From: a virus | Taxonomy: Duplodnaviria > Caudoviricetes | DNA length: 48,289 bases | Virus record (IMG/VR): IMGVR_UViG_3300042808_000082 | Location: 1-48,289 of that record | Reading direction: 5' to 3' (one strand) | Part shown: one piece after another, positions 18,701-28,304 of the stretch | How positions within the stretch are numbered: the first letter of the stretch is position 1 | Layout: every line of letters starts with the position of its first letter | Translations under genes and position numbers: made by a program | The notes under the pieces: generated by a model | Seen by the model: the letters and a program-made list of their open reading frames with translations, nothing else | The model's database searches: none | What the model was told of the DNA's origin: nothing

Positions 18701-21700
18701 GACGATGATTGAGCGTCGGTTTGTTAATATGGCTGACAAGTATTCCGGGACTGTCGATATGGCAGGGAACCTCCGGGACGAACTTGGCAACCTTGTACCC
18801 GCAGTAGCAGATTTCAAGACCGGGACGGTTAAGGGTAACAAAGACATCCAGAAGTTTGCTGAGCAGATGGGTGGGTATGCCCAGTTCTTCTCTAACCAGG
18901 TTGACGGTGTGGTAATCCATATGTCCAGGGACATGAACGGTCTTGGACCGGTGACTGTGGATATCATCAAGGGTGCAGAGAATTTCCGTGACAAACTTGC
19001 AAAATACAACGAGATGCACGGCCCTCGTCCAGTGAGACAGAGCGGTCCAAAATATACTGAACGCCAGTCATTTGATGCAATGGTCCGTGACCAGACATTG
19101 CAGAACACTCCAATAGAGTTCTACGATGCAATGAAGAAGGAACGGTATGTCCGTGCAGGACTGTCCACCACTGTTCCTGGTCATGCTGTTGCACTTGAGA
19201 AGACTCTCCCGAAGTTTGAAGCAGTTGGTCCTACGCCTGACGAAACCTGGGATAAGAACCCGTCACGACTTGCAATATTTGGTGCCCGACTGAAAGAGAT
19301 CGAAACATCGCTTACTGGAGAAGGTGTTCATCCGGCAATACGGAATGCTATGGGGAACCTGGCGGCCCGTGGATGGGACGCTGACACGCTGAACATGCTT
19401 GCCGGTGGCAGGATGGGTGAAGAGGAAGACGACAAACCTACAATCGATCTGTTCAACCGGGTATACCAGTCATTGAAACCCCATATCAAGGGAACTGGAC
19501 TACTTGATTCCGGTGAGAACATGGACAAAATGCTCTGGGAAGATGCCAGAACGATTCTCAATGTCCTCGAAGAAGCGGCAAAAACATTTGAATCGATTCC
19601 CCGGCTGCCACATATGGCAGCATCTTCCTCTTCCTCGCCAGGTATATTGCCCAACATCCCTGGAAGTGCAAATGCTCCCCGTAGTGCACCCCAGAATGGA
19701 GGATCGGCATCTTACCCGAACGATGTATTGGGTGGCCCTGTAAAGGCAACCATGAGTGCTCCAGTGAAGTCTGGTAGCAAATGTAAAGGTGTTGACCTTT
19801 GTGCCCCTACAATGTCGAGATTCGAAGGGTGGTTCAAGGCAATCAAGGGTATGGGAGGTATGGGCGGTGGCCCGGCACCCCGGACAAGTTCTGGTCGGGG
19901 TGATAGTGATGAAGGTGATAGTCCTGAGAAAGCATTTGCTAAAAAGTATCTCGGGAATGTTGAACATGCTACCGGGTTCTGGAAAAAGTTAGAACATTCT
20001 CCAATCATCGGGACTCCTCTTAAGATGTATCGACAGAGAGAGGAATGGACATCCCGTACAAAACGTGCTGACCAGGATCCCTTGACTCATGATGCTCCAA
20101 TGGGATACTGGAAACTTCTTGAGAAAGAAGACCAGGCACGGAGTAAGTATCTCCGGTCCATACGTGGTGCTACCACTTCGTTCCTGATTGCACAACACGT
20201 CATGCGTATCTTTGGACAGACTTCTCAAGTGTATGCAAAAGGTGCCGAATCAGTTGGAAAAGGACTTGGATACATTTATGATATGTTTCTCATGCCCCTG
20301 GTTCCGATTATTGCACCCATCACCAGGGCTGCAGTAGGTTTTGGAAATTTCATCCGACAACTTGGGATGCTGCCTCTTGCAGCAGTTGCACTCACCGGGC
20401 TTGCATATGCAGCCCATAAGGTGAAATCAAATGCGGAAGCAGCACGGGCTGCGTATGAGTCTGGTGAGAGAATCCCCAACTTGTTGACCCGGATGGCCGA
20501 CTCGTTTGACAATCTCGGCAATGTGCTGACTGGCATACTTGCAAAGATGTACCCAATGCCAGACGAGATTTCCAATCTGTCTATGCAGGAGTATCATCCA
20601 AAGGTAGACGAGTTCGACCAATTGGGAGACATAACACCAAAACTGTCTAAAGGTATCAATAAGGTTCCGGGAACCGGTAACTCTGATTCTGTGCTTGCAA
20701 TGCTCACTCCTGGCGAGATGGTTATTCCTAAGGGAATAGCAACCCAGATACGTGGATACGCAGAAGGCGGTATTGTTGGTGGTGCGTCTGGTCTGTTGAC
20801 AAGTGGTATGGGTATGCTGACCGGTGCATACTCATCTGCGATATCATCTGATGTGGGTATTGCTGCAATGACTGGCCTTGGCATGGTATCCAAGACGGTG
20901 GGTGCACTGATGGCACCTATGGCCCCGGCACTTGCTGGTATGGCTATTGCAGGTAAAGGGTTTGCAATGGTTAAGGGTGCAGTCGAGAGAGGCACCCAGG
21001 TTACTCAGCAAGTATCACAGGGCGGCTTTGCCGGACTTCGGACGATGGCTGCAGCACAACTTGCAGGCACCATTGGTGGACTTGCACCATTGCTCCCTAT
21101 TGGGGTCGCCATTGCGGGCATCTATGCATGGACCCAAGGATTCGGTCCAATGGCCGAATCAACAATGCGTGGCCTTGGTGATGCAATGAGAGGAACACTG
21201 AAGGTTCTTGGTGATGCGTTCAACTGGCTTAAGGACAGGTTCAAGGCACCCGAGATCCCTGGGGAAATTAAGACTGACAAACTGCCTGATGGCAAACTTA
21301 TCGAGGCTGAAGAGAAGCGCCGGGCAGACGCGAAACGTAGATATGGTGAGGCTCGGGTAGACGAGGTAAAAGTTGACGAACGGGGTGATAGAAGTGAAAA
21401 GGTTCGAACATGGAGAGATGAAGCCAAAGAGTTCCTGAAAGAAGGTCCAAAATCCATGATGGAAGGGGTTCCCGGCATGGCTCTGACAGGCGGGGTTATT
21501 GGAGCAATGGAATCAAAGAACCCTATGGATTGGGCAATATCTGCAGGACTTGGTGGAGCAGCACAGGCTGCATTCAATATCATTGGGAAGATCCCCTACG
21601 TTGGTGGAATCCTTGCACCCGGTATCGGTGCTGCAGTAACGCCAGGGTTCTCCAAATCGGTTGCACATGCAATAACCCAGGGTGAAGGCCCATTATCCCC

Positions 21701-22046
21701 ATCACAATACATTCCAGCACTAAAGGGGAACGAAGGTGCATCCAGAGGGATTGAAGCAACTGCATCAATGCTGTTGAGTTCTGGTCTTGGTGGGCTTGCA
21801 ATATCCCCCAATCTCCTGATAAAAGATTCCGAAATGAAACAACTGTATACCAATTCGGATTCCGGGAACAACTCACTGCAGCAGATTCTTACAACATTGA
21901 AAGACCTGATGGGATACATGAAACAACCTACGATTAACCAGAATACGTTTGAAATCAAGTCGGATGACGACTACCGGATTATGCAGATGATAGACCAGCG
22001 ACTTGCCCAGGTTGGGAAACAATCTGGAGCACAATTCACAGGATGA
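15756..22046 (+). CDS. Multidomain tape-measure protein with SLOG-like and PD-(D/E)XK nuclease domains
   Basis: Tape-measure position; LAKGG..VGEAGPEL and VPGTGNSDSVLAMLTPGE..YAEGG motifs; Gly/Ala-rich helical C-terminal part; internal enzymatic motifs. Confidence 0.85.
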   Translation: MASNHPTRDQIAVELYQRPFSQLSVEAKSSVNKVYGIMLQTMRSGGDPKQPIRAAANSEAILIVKQLKEIAANPGDQITLPKGVLEDAARVVKMHYEAQGNKKPLSAGDINAIRREVKVVWRTANPEVVKCVADYLTNSKGRFSGVGPKTLRRKLRSFLSSDELEKISDKEILSTRDITISHLFDKWTHGNLTSFVRPKVEDLLEHDVKQLQKKTKKIQPVGIAQVEETLKSLETLHNIHNSPTRSFSNPFVRRAMYNLGLTPDQIISPTTKEAMGDVVNAAHAMAMKVAKGHPKLGGGILISKNPRLHTRASSEYRESIPTRNVHSGIGKRTTIASTRYKGRYSEGWKYDIPSRWSGSEDTENPFGGSALGTWLESDEVNFGFDPNAEAEYNGAITTAASKALRNAFKRQYGYEASNAGFSTFLDDIEYRYDKPLLIPVRRAGGLPTRHDAGPKRINNFSTGLIPQHAGSVTAAEERMGISQLALQQHEEDIAMYNENLELYQSRYGNSLGARLLEGHVPLDIADQIMRLPGKARWAKATEVIDWYSSGLKRHETDIFGSSPGMKVDDFTPFSPFQTLAGHTEKITPNSPLMKSVAKFYSSYENDAPTALPDEIANVVSDVAHGKTSIPGTTRVGIVGSKGIQDPRLINKWLKANWDDSKLMITSTEVGKNGRLKGTPEYNNENYGAAFHASNFAHHNKFLQYKFPVRSGGKYNKDMTTADVINASDEVVAFFDSQYLSASDVTQLKKLRDAIGDKPARIVWMPSKIGPSPDMKTQQSFLGYYQQHMSGIPLEAIYPGSLPKSLMMDLAMQDIPLKYLAKGGPLKSNEMAIVGEAGPELLVPAGAGGFNVLPNKDLRKLYNGTIGLSSVARDVTGEPQPDAHDYTDPATGEIWPSVTKIMSLGKKANIAPYYGSVGDVAHYTAAKALGAQHGIDVSHVNPPKVVDAADYHGNVHSAADIAAEGTRLGEEFVKIANDIGFIPTMIERRFVNMADKYSGTVDMAGNLRDELGNLVPAVADFKTGTVKGNKDIQKFAEQMGGYAQFFSNQVDGVVIHMSRDMNGLGPVTVDIIKGAENFRDKLAKYNEMHGPRPVRQSGPKYTERQSFDAMVRDQTLQNTPIEFYDAMKKERYVRAGLSTTVPGHAVALEKTLPKFEAVGPTPDETWDKNPSRLAIFGARLKEIETSLTGEGVHPAIRNAMGNLAARGWDADTLNMLAGGRMGEEEDDKPTIDLFNRVYQSLKPHIKGTGLLDSGENMDKMLWEDARTILNVLEEAAKTFESIPRLPHMAASSSSSPGILPNIPGSANAPRSAPQNGGSASYPNDVLGGPVKATMSAPVKSGSKCKGVDLCAPTMSRFEGWFKAIKGMGGMGGGPAPRTSSGRGDSDEGDSPEKAFAKKYLGNVEHATGFWKKLEHSPIIGTPLKMYRQREEWTSRTKRADQDPLTHDAPMGYWKLLEKEDQARSKYLRSIRGATTSFLIAQHVMRIFGQTSQVYAKGAESVGKGLGYIYDMFLMPLVPIIAPITRAAVGFGNFIRQLGMLPLAAVALTGLAYAAHKVKSNAEAARAAYESGERIPNLLTRMADSFDNLGNVLTGILAKMYPMPDEISNLSMQEYHPKVDEFDQLGDITPKLSKGINKVPGTGNSDSVLAMLTPGEMVIPKGIATQIRGYAEGGIVGGASGLLTSGMGMLTGAYSSAISSDVGIAAMTGLGMVSKTVGALMAPMAPALAGMAIAGKGFAMVKGAVERGTQVTQQVSQGGFAGLRTMAAAQLAGTIGGLAPLLPIGVAIAGIYAWTQGFGPMAESTMRGLGDAMRGTLKVLGDAFNWLKDRFKAPEIPGEIKTDKLPDGKLIEAEEKRRADAKRRYGEARVDEVKVDERGDRSEKVRTWRDEAKEFLKEGPKSMMEGVPGMALTGGVIGAMESKNPMDWAISAGLGGAAQAAFNIIGKIPYVGGILAPGIGAAVTPGFSKSVAHAITQGEGPLSPSQYIPALKGNEGASRGIEATASMLLSSGLGGLAISPNLLIKDSEMKQLYTNSDSGNNSLQQILTTLKDLMGYMKQPTINQNTFEIKSDDDYRIMQMIDQRLAQVGKQSGAQFTG

Positions 22047-22050
22047 TTAA

Positions 22051-22635
22051 ATGACAGAGAGCACAGTTGGAATGTGGCACGATTATGCATGGGCTGCGGG
22101 TAGTCCGATAACTCCTGCCAGTTTTACCGGGGTTTTAGCACTCGGGTTCGTCCCGATATCGACCATGGGGGACGGGTATGGGCAGTTTACTATACCTGGT
22201 GCAAATGTTACGTTTACTGCAGTTGATTTAACTGAGATAGCAGAATCCCCAAACAACACAACATCATACAGGGGAGGCATCCAGTCAGTAGACAAATCGT
22301 TCTCCGCGAACCCCATACTGATAGCAATCCCACAAGAGTTCTCAACCGGGTATGACATCAATTACATCGAGTCTGCGGTCATTACGATAGCAGGGGTGTG
22401 GTTTGACGGGCTTATTATATCGGGTAGGGACGCAATTCTCGAAGACCTGAGAACATCCAAACATTGGGTAAATCCAATGTATTACCAGTCTCCGTTTGTT
22501 CTCCTGTTGTCAAACCGTGCATATTTTGTTTATATTACGGGATACTCGTCTAACATTGTTGGTGGACAGGGGGGCGTAATATCGTTCCGATTAGGGCTAT
22601 CTATTTGTTCAATAAAAGGTCATTATGGTAACTAG
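22051..22635 (+). CDS. Distal tail (Dit)-like protein
   Basis: Directly after the tape measure, 194 aa, beta-rich. Confidence 0.55.
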   Translation: MTESTVGMWHDYAWAAGSPITPASFTGVLALGFVPISTMGDGYGQFTIPGANVTFTAVDLTEIAESPNNTTSYRGGIQSVDKSFSANPILIAIPQEFSTGYDINYIESAVITIAGVWFDGLIISGRDAILEDLRTSKHWVNPMYYQSPFVLLLSNRAYFVYITGYSSNIVGGQGGVISFRLGLSICSIKGHYGN

Positions 22636-22641
22636 ATTACC

Positions 22642-24846
22642 ATGGTGTTTTTCAAGAACTACTCTTTTGAATATAACGCACAACGAGTAGACGTTTTCAA
22701 ATCTACGGTTGTGTGTTCGGTAAGTTCAGATGCCGACGATTACCGGGAAGGTGTATCGATAGCAATTGACCCTCCCGGATTCTATGGTGTTATTGTCGAT
22801 TGTAAGAACTCTGGAGACAAACGCACGCTTGACATATCAGCAGAATCCTGGGGCCGGGAACTTAGAAACACCGCAGTATCGGATTCAGGAGAGTTCAGAC
22901 AGATAGACGCAATCCAACTCATTAAGGATCATCTGTTGCCACCAGGGTGGACTCTCATCTATCCACCAGAGTTTGACACCTATATCAGACGAATATCATA
23001 CATATTGAGAAACGGGTCTTATTTAAGTCACATTTCGACGGTGCTTGATTCCCTTGGTCTTGACTTTACCATTTACTCAGAAATGGTTGGGAATGAGTTG
23101 CAAAAGTTCGTCAAAGCATATTACCGGGATGAGTTTACTGATCGTGCAACAAAAACGGTTATTGAACGAGTCAATATTGGAAACTTGACCATTACATCAG
23201 ATTATGGAAAGGTTGCCACTTCGATTACGGTGATGGGAGCCGAGTCAGAACAGGGTATAATTCAAGCATCTCTCGATGCCGAGATAGGAGACTGGCACAA
23301 CGCTCCCCGTGCATTGTCTATCAGAGACTTGCAGATGAGCAACCCGGAGTTTTCAGCAGACGCAAAATATTTTGGGTATTTCCCGGCATCCGAAGACGAT
23401 TATACAGTTGAGAGGCTTAACGCTGGAGATATTGTTAATATTGGAACCGATAGGGTTCTCATCGATTCAATATGGTTTATGCCTGCCATCAGCGTTTCGT
23501 CTTGGGAATCTCAATTGTTAAGTGAATCGGGATTCCCTGCGGTGCTTCGCCCAATAACAGAATATATTCCATCTGGCATGATTGTCGCATCGGTTTACTC
23601 AGGCACAATATCGCAATACCTGGAATCAGCAAAAACCAGTTACTCATTCAAGAATGGGAGAAACATTTCAAATTATTTTGAAGATGCATCTCAACACGGG
23701 ATCTATGACCCGGTTCTCGACTCTTTGGCAAGTGTATCTGTGGGCAGTTACCTGACGTTCGATAAGAACGTCCCAGCGGCATCGGGAATCATCTGGATAG
23801 GATCTGAACGTATGTTCTATCGTCTTGCAACTGATGGTGGTTCTCATATCCATGTAAGTGGTCTGGTGAGAGGTGTGCCAACTTGTGCAGATTCACAGTG
23901 TGAACATTGTGGAACCAACCCTCTCCAGGTGTCTGCACAATGTCATCTACTTCAACAGTCGGGATATCTGTACAATTTTTGCGATCTGGCAAAAGCAATT
24001 AGAGCAAAGTTCCCGTCTGCGGGAACGACTGATTTTACGTGGTGCCCTCTTTGTTTTGATAACTCGTCAGTGTGTCCTGCACTCAAATGTCCACACATTA
24101 AGACCGATGCTGATTTTGCTATCGTGTGTCCTAAAGGACTCACGAAACCCGAGATTGTGTGGACCCCCCAATACCAGCACCATACTGGTGCTCTTGTCTT
24201 ACCTGCATCGTATTACTACCCAACCGATTCTAACGGGGCAACTGCTGACACATACGAGATATATGCCAGGGACTCGTTAATCCATAAGTATGGGTATCTT
24301 CCAACCAGAATATCGGTAAAAGGGATTGCTGATATGGATGGTCTTGACAAGATTGCAGAAGGCAGGCTTCGATTGTCTGCAATTCCAAGCGTCGGGAAAT
24401 GCACATTGTTCAATTACGATCCATGGACTGTTCCTGCATCGTGTTTCCCGGGAGACGTAATTGATGTAACTGTTGCAACCATGTCACGATACGATCATTC
24501 GACGTTCCATTGGATTCCGTCTCAATGGTTTGATGTCTCTTCAACTGACCCGAATTCTCCCGATTGGGTTGTGGTTGCCACTGGTCAATGGGTAAAGATT
24601 CGCGAAAAGTTTACTATCCAAAAAACGACAAAGAATCAGCGAGGAATGCCAGAAATTTCGTTTGGTGCTGGTGAAATCGGGTTCCAGAACCTTACTGACT
24701 ATATTGCAGACACGATGGATGTGACCAGTCAACGACATAGGAACCAGGACGAATCAGTAGTGATAGGTGCATCCGAAACCGGGATTGCTGCTAAAGTCCA
24801 GGATGTTAAGACTGGCAAAACTACCTGGGTCAGGATGGTCCGGTAA
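22642..24846 (+). CDS. Baseplate hub/Tal-like tail protein with a Cys-rich insert
   Basis: Position; DYGKVATSITVMG and DSLIHKYG hub-like motifs. Confidence 0.65.
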   Translation: MVFFKNYSFEYNAQRVDVFKSTVVCSVSSDADDYREGVSIAIDPPGFYGVIVDCKNSGDKRTLDISAESWGRELRNTAVSDSGEFRQIDAIQLIKDHLLPPGWTLIYPPEFDTYIRRISYILRNGSYLSHISTVLDSLGLDFTIYSEMVGNELQKFVKAYYRDEFTDRATKTVIERVNIGNLTITSDYGKVATSITVMGAESEQGIIQASLDAEIGDWHNAPRALSIRDLQMSNPEFSADAKYFGYFPASEDDYTVERLNAGDIVNIGTDRVLIDSIWFMPAISVSSWESQLLSESGFPAVLRPITEYIPSGMIVASVYSGTISQYLESAKTSYSFKNGRNISNYFEDASQHGIYDPVLDSLASVSVGSYLTFDKNVPAASGIIWIGSERMFYRLATDGGSHIHVSGLVRGVPTCADSQCEHCGTNPLQVSAQCHLLQQSGYLYNFCDLAKAIRAKFPSAGTTDFTWCPLCFDNSSVCPALKCPHIKTDADFAIVCPKGLTKPEIVWTPQYQHHTGALVLPASYYYPTDSNGATADTYEIYARDSLIHKYGYLPTRISVKGIADMDGLDKIAEGRLRLSAIPSVGKCTLFNYDPWTVPASCFPGDVIDVTVATMSRYDHSTFHWIPSQWFDVSSTDPNSPDWVVVATGQWVKIREKFTIQKTTKNQRGMPEISFGAGEIGFQNLTDYIADTMDVTSQRHRNQDESVVIGASETGIAAKVQDVKTGKTTWVRMVR

Positions 24847-24847
24847 C

Positions 24848-27800
24848 ATGCCAATGTTTCGGGGCAGATGGGGGCCGAACTCAGAATATGGGATAGAGTC
24901 AGCAGACCCGGAGATAGGGAGTAAAATCCATGTCATAAACGGCAAATATGCAATCCAGTCTGGCCCTGCTGTAGAAGGAGCACATCTCGGGATAAATGGT
25001 GGGATGTCTCCTACTACCACCTTGCCAGGATGCAACAAAGAGTTCTGGACGTGCAAACAGGCATGGCTACATGACACGGTAACTGATAACGTGATAGATT
25101 CATCGATCCAGTTGCTAAACATGACTCCTAGTGGCACTGTGATTGGCTCAATTGATTTGGACCCGGTGATTTACTCAATTATTAAAAATATCCAAGTGAG
25201 AACTGACCAGTATGAACGGGTGTCAGTTGCACCCTGGTGGGTCAACCCGTATTATTACGATAGATACTCAAGATATGAACCTTTCTCGACTGTTGCATCC
25301 CCTGCATATATGGATCTCCCTGTGTCGTACGATACCCACACGGTGAGACATCTGGGAGGAGATGTTAATGTTGCTGCAAATTATATTCGGCCAGCGTCAT
25401 ATGCTGGCCCTCTTGGCCCTGTATTTGCAGGACTTACTGCAATTGGTGACATTGTTTCAGGATGGCCAAAGTCTCCCTGGAACCTTACAAATGGCCCGGT
25501 TGACCCCTGTAACATCCAGGTCAGGGATATAAAACTCGATGCAAACGACAACCTATGGGTTATCCTGCAAATAGGATGGGAATACTGTAAACCTACACAG
25601 TCTCAGCAATCGTCCCAATTTTTCGACCAGGAAGTATCAACCTGGGTGGGATATGATGACAGCAGCGGGATCCCATCTACCCGGAAACTCTATGACGACT
25701 CGTTTTTCTCACGCCAGTATAATCCATCTGGCGACAAATATCGGGCCGGGCCAATTCGTCCCCGTGTCGTTATCATATGTTTTGACAAAACTAAAAAATA
25801 CAAAACATGGGATTATGTTCCGTTCAGACCCGGCACCTGTGGGTTTAATGGAACGCCAAGGGATGCCAGGTCTCGCGGCCCTGCATATTATGGGATAACG
25901 GTTCCCCCTTCTCGTCTTGACGTTGACAAGTATGGGAACGTCTATTATAGCGTCGGTACTGCTGACATCTGGGAACAGACTACATCGTATAGCCAACTTC
26001 ATTGCATGGGTATTGCAAAGAACGAAATGGGGTATTTGTATGTCAGACCCGAATCAGAATTCGCACGCATCATCGATGAAGGGCTTGCTGTAGGGTTAAT
26101 CGGGCCATACCCATACCAGTGTGCGTTACTGATTACCGATACCAACACGGTTGGATATTATAACAAAAATATTGGAGACCAGACCCGGCCAGCGTTCCGC
26201 ACACCGTGGACATGGACCATTGGTGGTGACGGGATAACTGTTACTCAGCTAACAACTAAAGCGGAAACCGCAAAGACGTTCCAACTGACGCTTGCGACAT
26301 CTACACCCGTTGCTATAAACGAAGAAATCTGGTATGCTACTGGCACAGGGAACGCGACAATGATTCGCGGTGCGTTCTTCTTAACCGCATCATATGATTT
26401 TCCGCATCCGAAAGTGAAATATCCCCCGCTTACCTGGGGACCATCTTCTATCCGGGCCGTTGATAACGAATGGTTGACTACAAACCCGTCAACCAAAAAC
26501 GCGAACAAAGATTGGGATTTGTTGTTTGCTGCTTGTGATTACCTTACCAGGAACTATTCGTATCTCGCATCTCCAACGACTTATGATTGCTCGTTGTGGT
26601 GGACCCATGAAGTCCCCTGGACAAAACAACTGAACCAGTATACTCAATTACACCCTCAAAAATCCCCGTTCTTTCAAATTGGGAACAGTGGTGTTGAACT
26701 TCAGTCTGGATGGAATCCTGCTGAAGCGCCAGGTGGGTGGTATACCCATTTCACCAATAAATCTGGGACGTATATGGACATGGAATGCCGTGCATACACG
26801 TTCAAAGATACCAGAGGATATCCTTTTCAGGGGTTCCTACCGCTTCTCGGGGGTATATCATCCACACAAGATGCAATATTCAGGGTAGCATCGTCTCCAT
26901 ATTCGCAAACCGGTGTGGTTGCAGGAACCGACTACTTTGAAAACTGTAATGTGTGTGGGATGCTTCCTACAACCATTTCCCGGGTACAACAAGAAGACAC
27001 CTTAATCATACCTGGATTTGATTTCAAACACGAGACGTTCCGGTTCACCGGGATAACCTGGGACAGTTATGCTGCACTAAAAGTTACGTCTCCCTTAAAC
27101 GTGTCTACTGTAGCATACCCATGGAGAATGCATTCAATGAAGTCTATAATGTCTACCGCGTCTTCAGACGGGTTAGACCCGTCTAACTATGGACCTGCGT
27201 CGTATTCGTTAGACCCCTCATCGGAACTTCCAGCAGACCAGTATTTAGTCCCCCAAAAGGATCGCGTCTTCTTTTTTGATGAGTCGTTTGATTTGTTCTG
27301 GGCAGACGTTGCAAGCAAAATGGGTAGACCGGAAGTACAAACTGTGGTAACAGGGATACGCAAAAGAATTGCAGACTCAAAGTTCCATTATTATAACACA
27401 GGGTTGCCAAACCTTAATTTCGGGGCGTATGCGTCTGCAATAAACTGCGAAGACTCCGTTGGACTGTTTGTTCCTCGATACAAGATGTCAATTGAGTTCC
27501 AGGACGATTACCCGAACCCGGGTGACTATTGGGCATACATGACCACTGACACTAGACCGTTGCGCAGGCTCTATATTGCAAAGGTCAGCAAAAAAGGAGA
27601 GTTGTCTTGGAAACCCGATGGGACTAAAGGTACAAAAACGTGGTGGGCACCTACTGCAACCTGGGAGACTCCTGCGTCTCCTGCATTGTTCGAACCTCCG
27701 GTAGTATCGTTTACCTATTACGACTTTGAATCGGGTCAGATTGCAAAACTAAAAGAGTGGGAACCTGATTATACCGTTGAAAAGTACCAACAAATATGTT

Positions 27801-27850
27801 TCAAAAACTGGTATCCAAAAGGGGTGAGACGGTCTCCTCAGTTCTACTAA
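24848..27850 (+). CDS. Large tail-tip/receptor-binding protein
   Basis: About 1000 aa, aromatic/Pro-rich, last gene of the tail operon; beta-propeller-like LDANDNLWV and VDKYGNVYY. Confidence 0.6.
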   Translation: MPMFRGRWGPNSEYGIESADPEIGSKIHVINGKYAIQSGPAVEGAHLGINGGMSPTTTLPGCNKEFWTCKQAWLHDTVTDNVIDSSIQLLNMTPSGTVIGSIDLDPVIYSIIKNIQVRTDQYERVSVAPWWVNPYYYDRYSRYEPFSTVASPAYMDLPVSYDTHTVRHLGGDVNVAANYIRPASYAGPLGPVFAGLTAIGDIVSGWPKSPWNLTNGPVDPCNIQVRDIKLDANDNLWVILQIGWEYCKPTQSQQSSQFFDQEVSTWVGYDDSSGIPSTRKLYDDSFFSRQYNPSGDKYRAGPIRPRVVIICFDKTKKYKTWDYVPFRPGTCGFNGTPRDARSRGPAYYGITVPPSRLDVDKYGNVYYSVGTADIWEQTTSYSQLHCMGIAKNEMGYLYVRPESEFARIIDEGLAVGLIGPYPYQCALLITDTNTVGYYNKNIGDQTRPAFRTPWTWTIGGDGITVTQLTTKAETAKTFQLTLATSTPVAINEEIWYATGTGNATMIRGAFFLTASYDFPHPKVKYPPLTWGPSSIRAVDNEWLTTNPSTKNANKDWDLLFAACDYLTRNYSYLASPTTYDCSLWWTHEVPWTKQLNQYTQLHPQKSPFFQIGNSGVELQSGWNPAEAPGGWYTHFTNKSGTYMDMECRAYTFKDTRGYPFQGFLPLLGGISSTQDAIFRVASSPYSQTGVVAGTDYFENCNVCGMLPTTISRVQQEDTLIIPGFDFKHETFRFTGITWDSYAALKVTSPLNVSTVAYPWRMHSMKSIMSTASSDGLDPSNYGPASYSLDPSSELPADQYLVPQKDRVFFFDESFDLFWADVASKMGRPEVQTVVTGIRKRIADSKFHYYNTGLPNLNFGAYASAINCEDSVGLFVPRYKMSIEFQDDYPNPGDYWAYMTTDTRPLRRLYIAKVSKKGELSWKPDGTKGTKTWWAPTATWETPASPALFEPPVVSFTYYDFESGQIAKLKEWEPDYTVEKYQQICFKNWYPKGVRRSPQFY

Positions 27851-28152
27851 TATTTTTTAGCGTCTTTCCATTCTTCGTCTGATATTACCCGTCCACATTT
27901 TAGGCATTTGTAATAATCAATTTCCGCAGCATGTCCTTTCAACCAGGGAACCTGGTCGTATAAATCTACAAGTTTCAGGTCAGTGGACCCACATTGTGGG
28001 CAATACGCTGTCTCTCCGACAATGCCATTTGCAATCCCGGGATCTATTTCAAATTGTTTTAAAGTGGTGTAATCTTTCATCAGCTCATACAAGACGTACA
28101 TCAAAGAAACAGCGATAACAAATCCTACAAAAAGTGATGGTATATCTATCAT
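27847..28152 (-). CDS. Membrane-anchored Zn-ribbon protein
   Basis: N-terminal TM segment, CPQCGS...CLKCG. Confidence 0.7.
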   Translation of the reverse strand: MIDIPSLFVGFVIAVSLMYVLYELMKDYTTLKQFEIDPGIANGIVGETAYCPQCGSTDLKLVDLYDQVPWLKGHAAEIDYYKCLKCGRVISDEEWKDAKKY

Positions 28153-28304
28153 GTTGGCGGTTTTGGGATCAATGATTCTAGGATGTCGTCAGCGTTCACT
28201 GAAGGCACCCTGGTTCGAGTTCTATACACGTTCCATACAAGTATGGCACCCATAGCGAATATCGCAATACAGATGCCTCCAGTGATGATATACACATCAA
28301 TCAT
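28149..28304 (-). CDS. 51-aa single-pass membrane protein
   Basis: MIDVYIITGGICIAIFAMGAILVW...; overlaps both neighbouring genes by a few bp. Confidence 0.6.
   Translation of the reverse strand: MIDVYIITGGICIAIFAMGAILVWNVYRTRTRVPSVNADDILESLIPKPPT

Noticed and set aside
18400-19010. Calling the nuclease Cas4
   Set aside because: It lacks the four Fe-S cysteines; only superfamily-level motifs are present
18441-21958. Long antisense ORFs within the tape-measure gene (and other large genes)
   Set aside because: Shadow frames with no motifs, RBS or operon context
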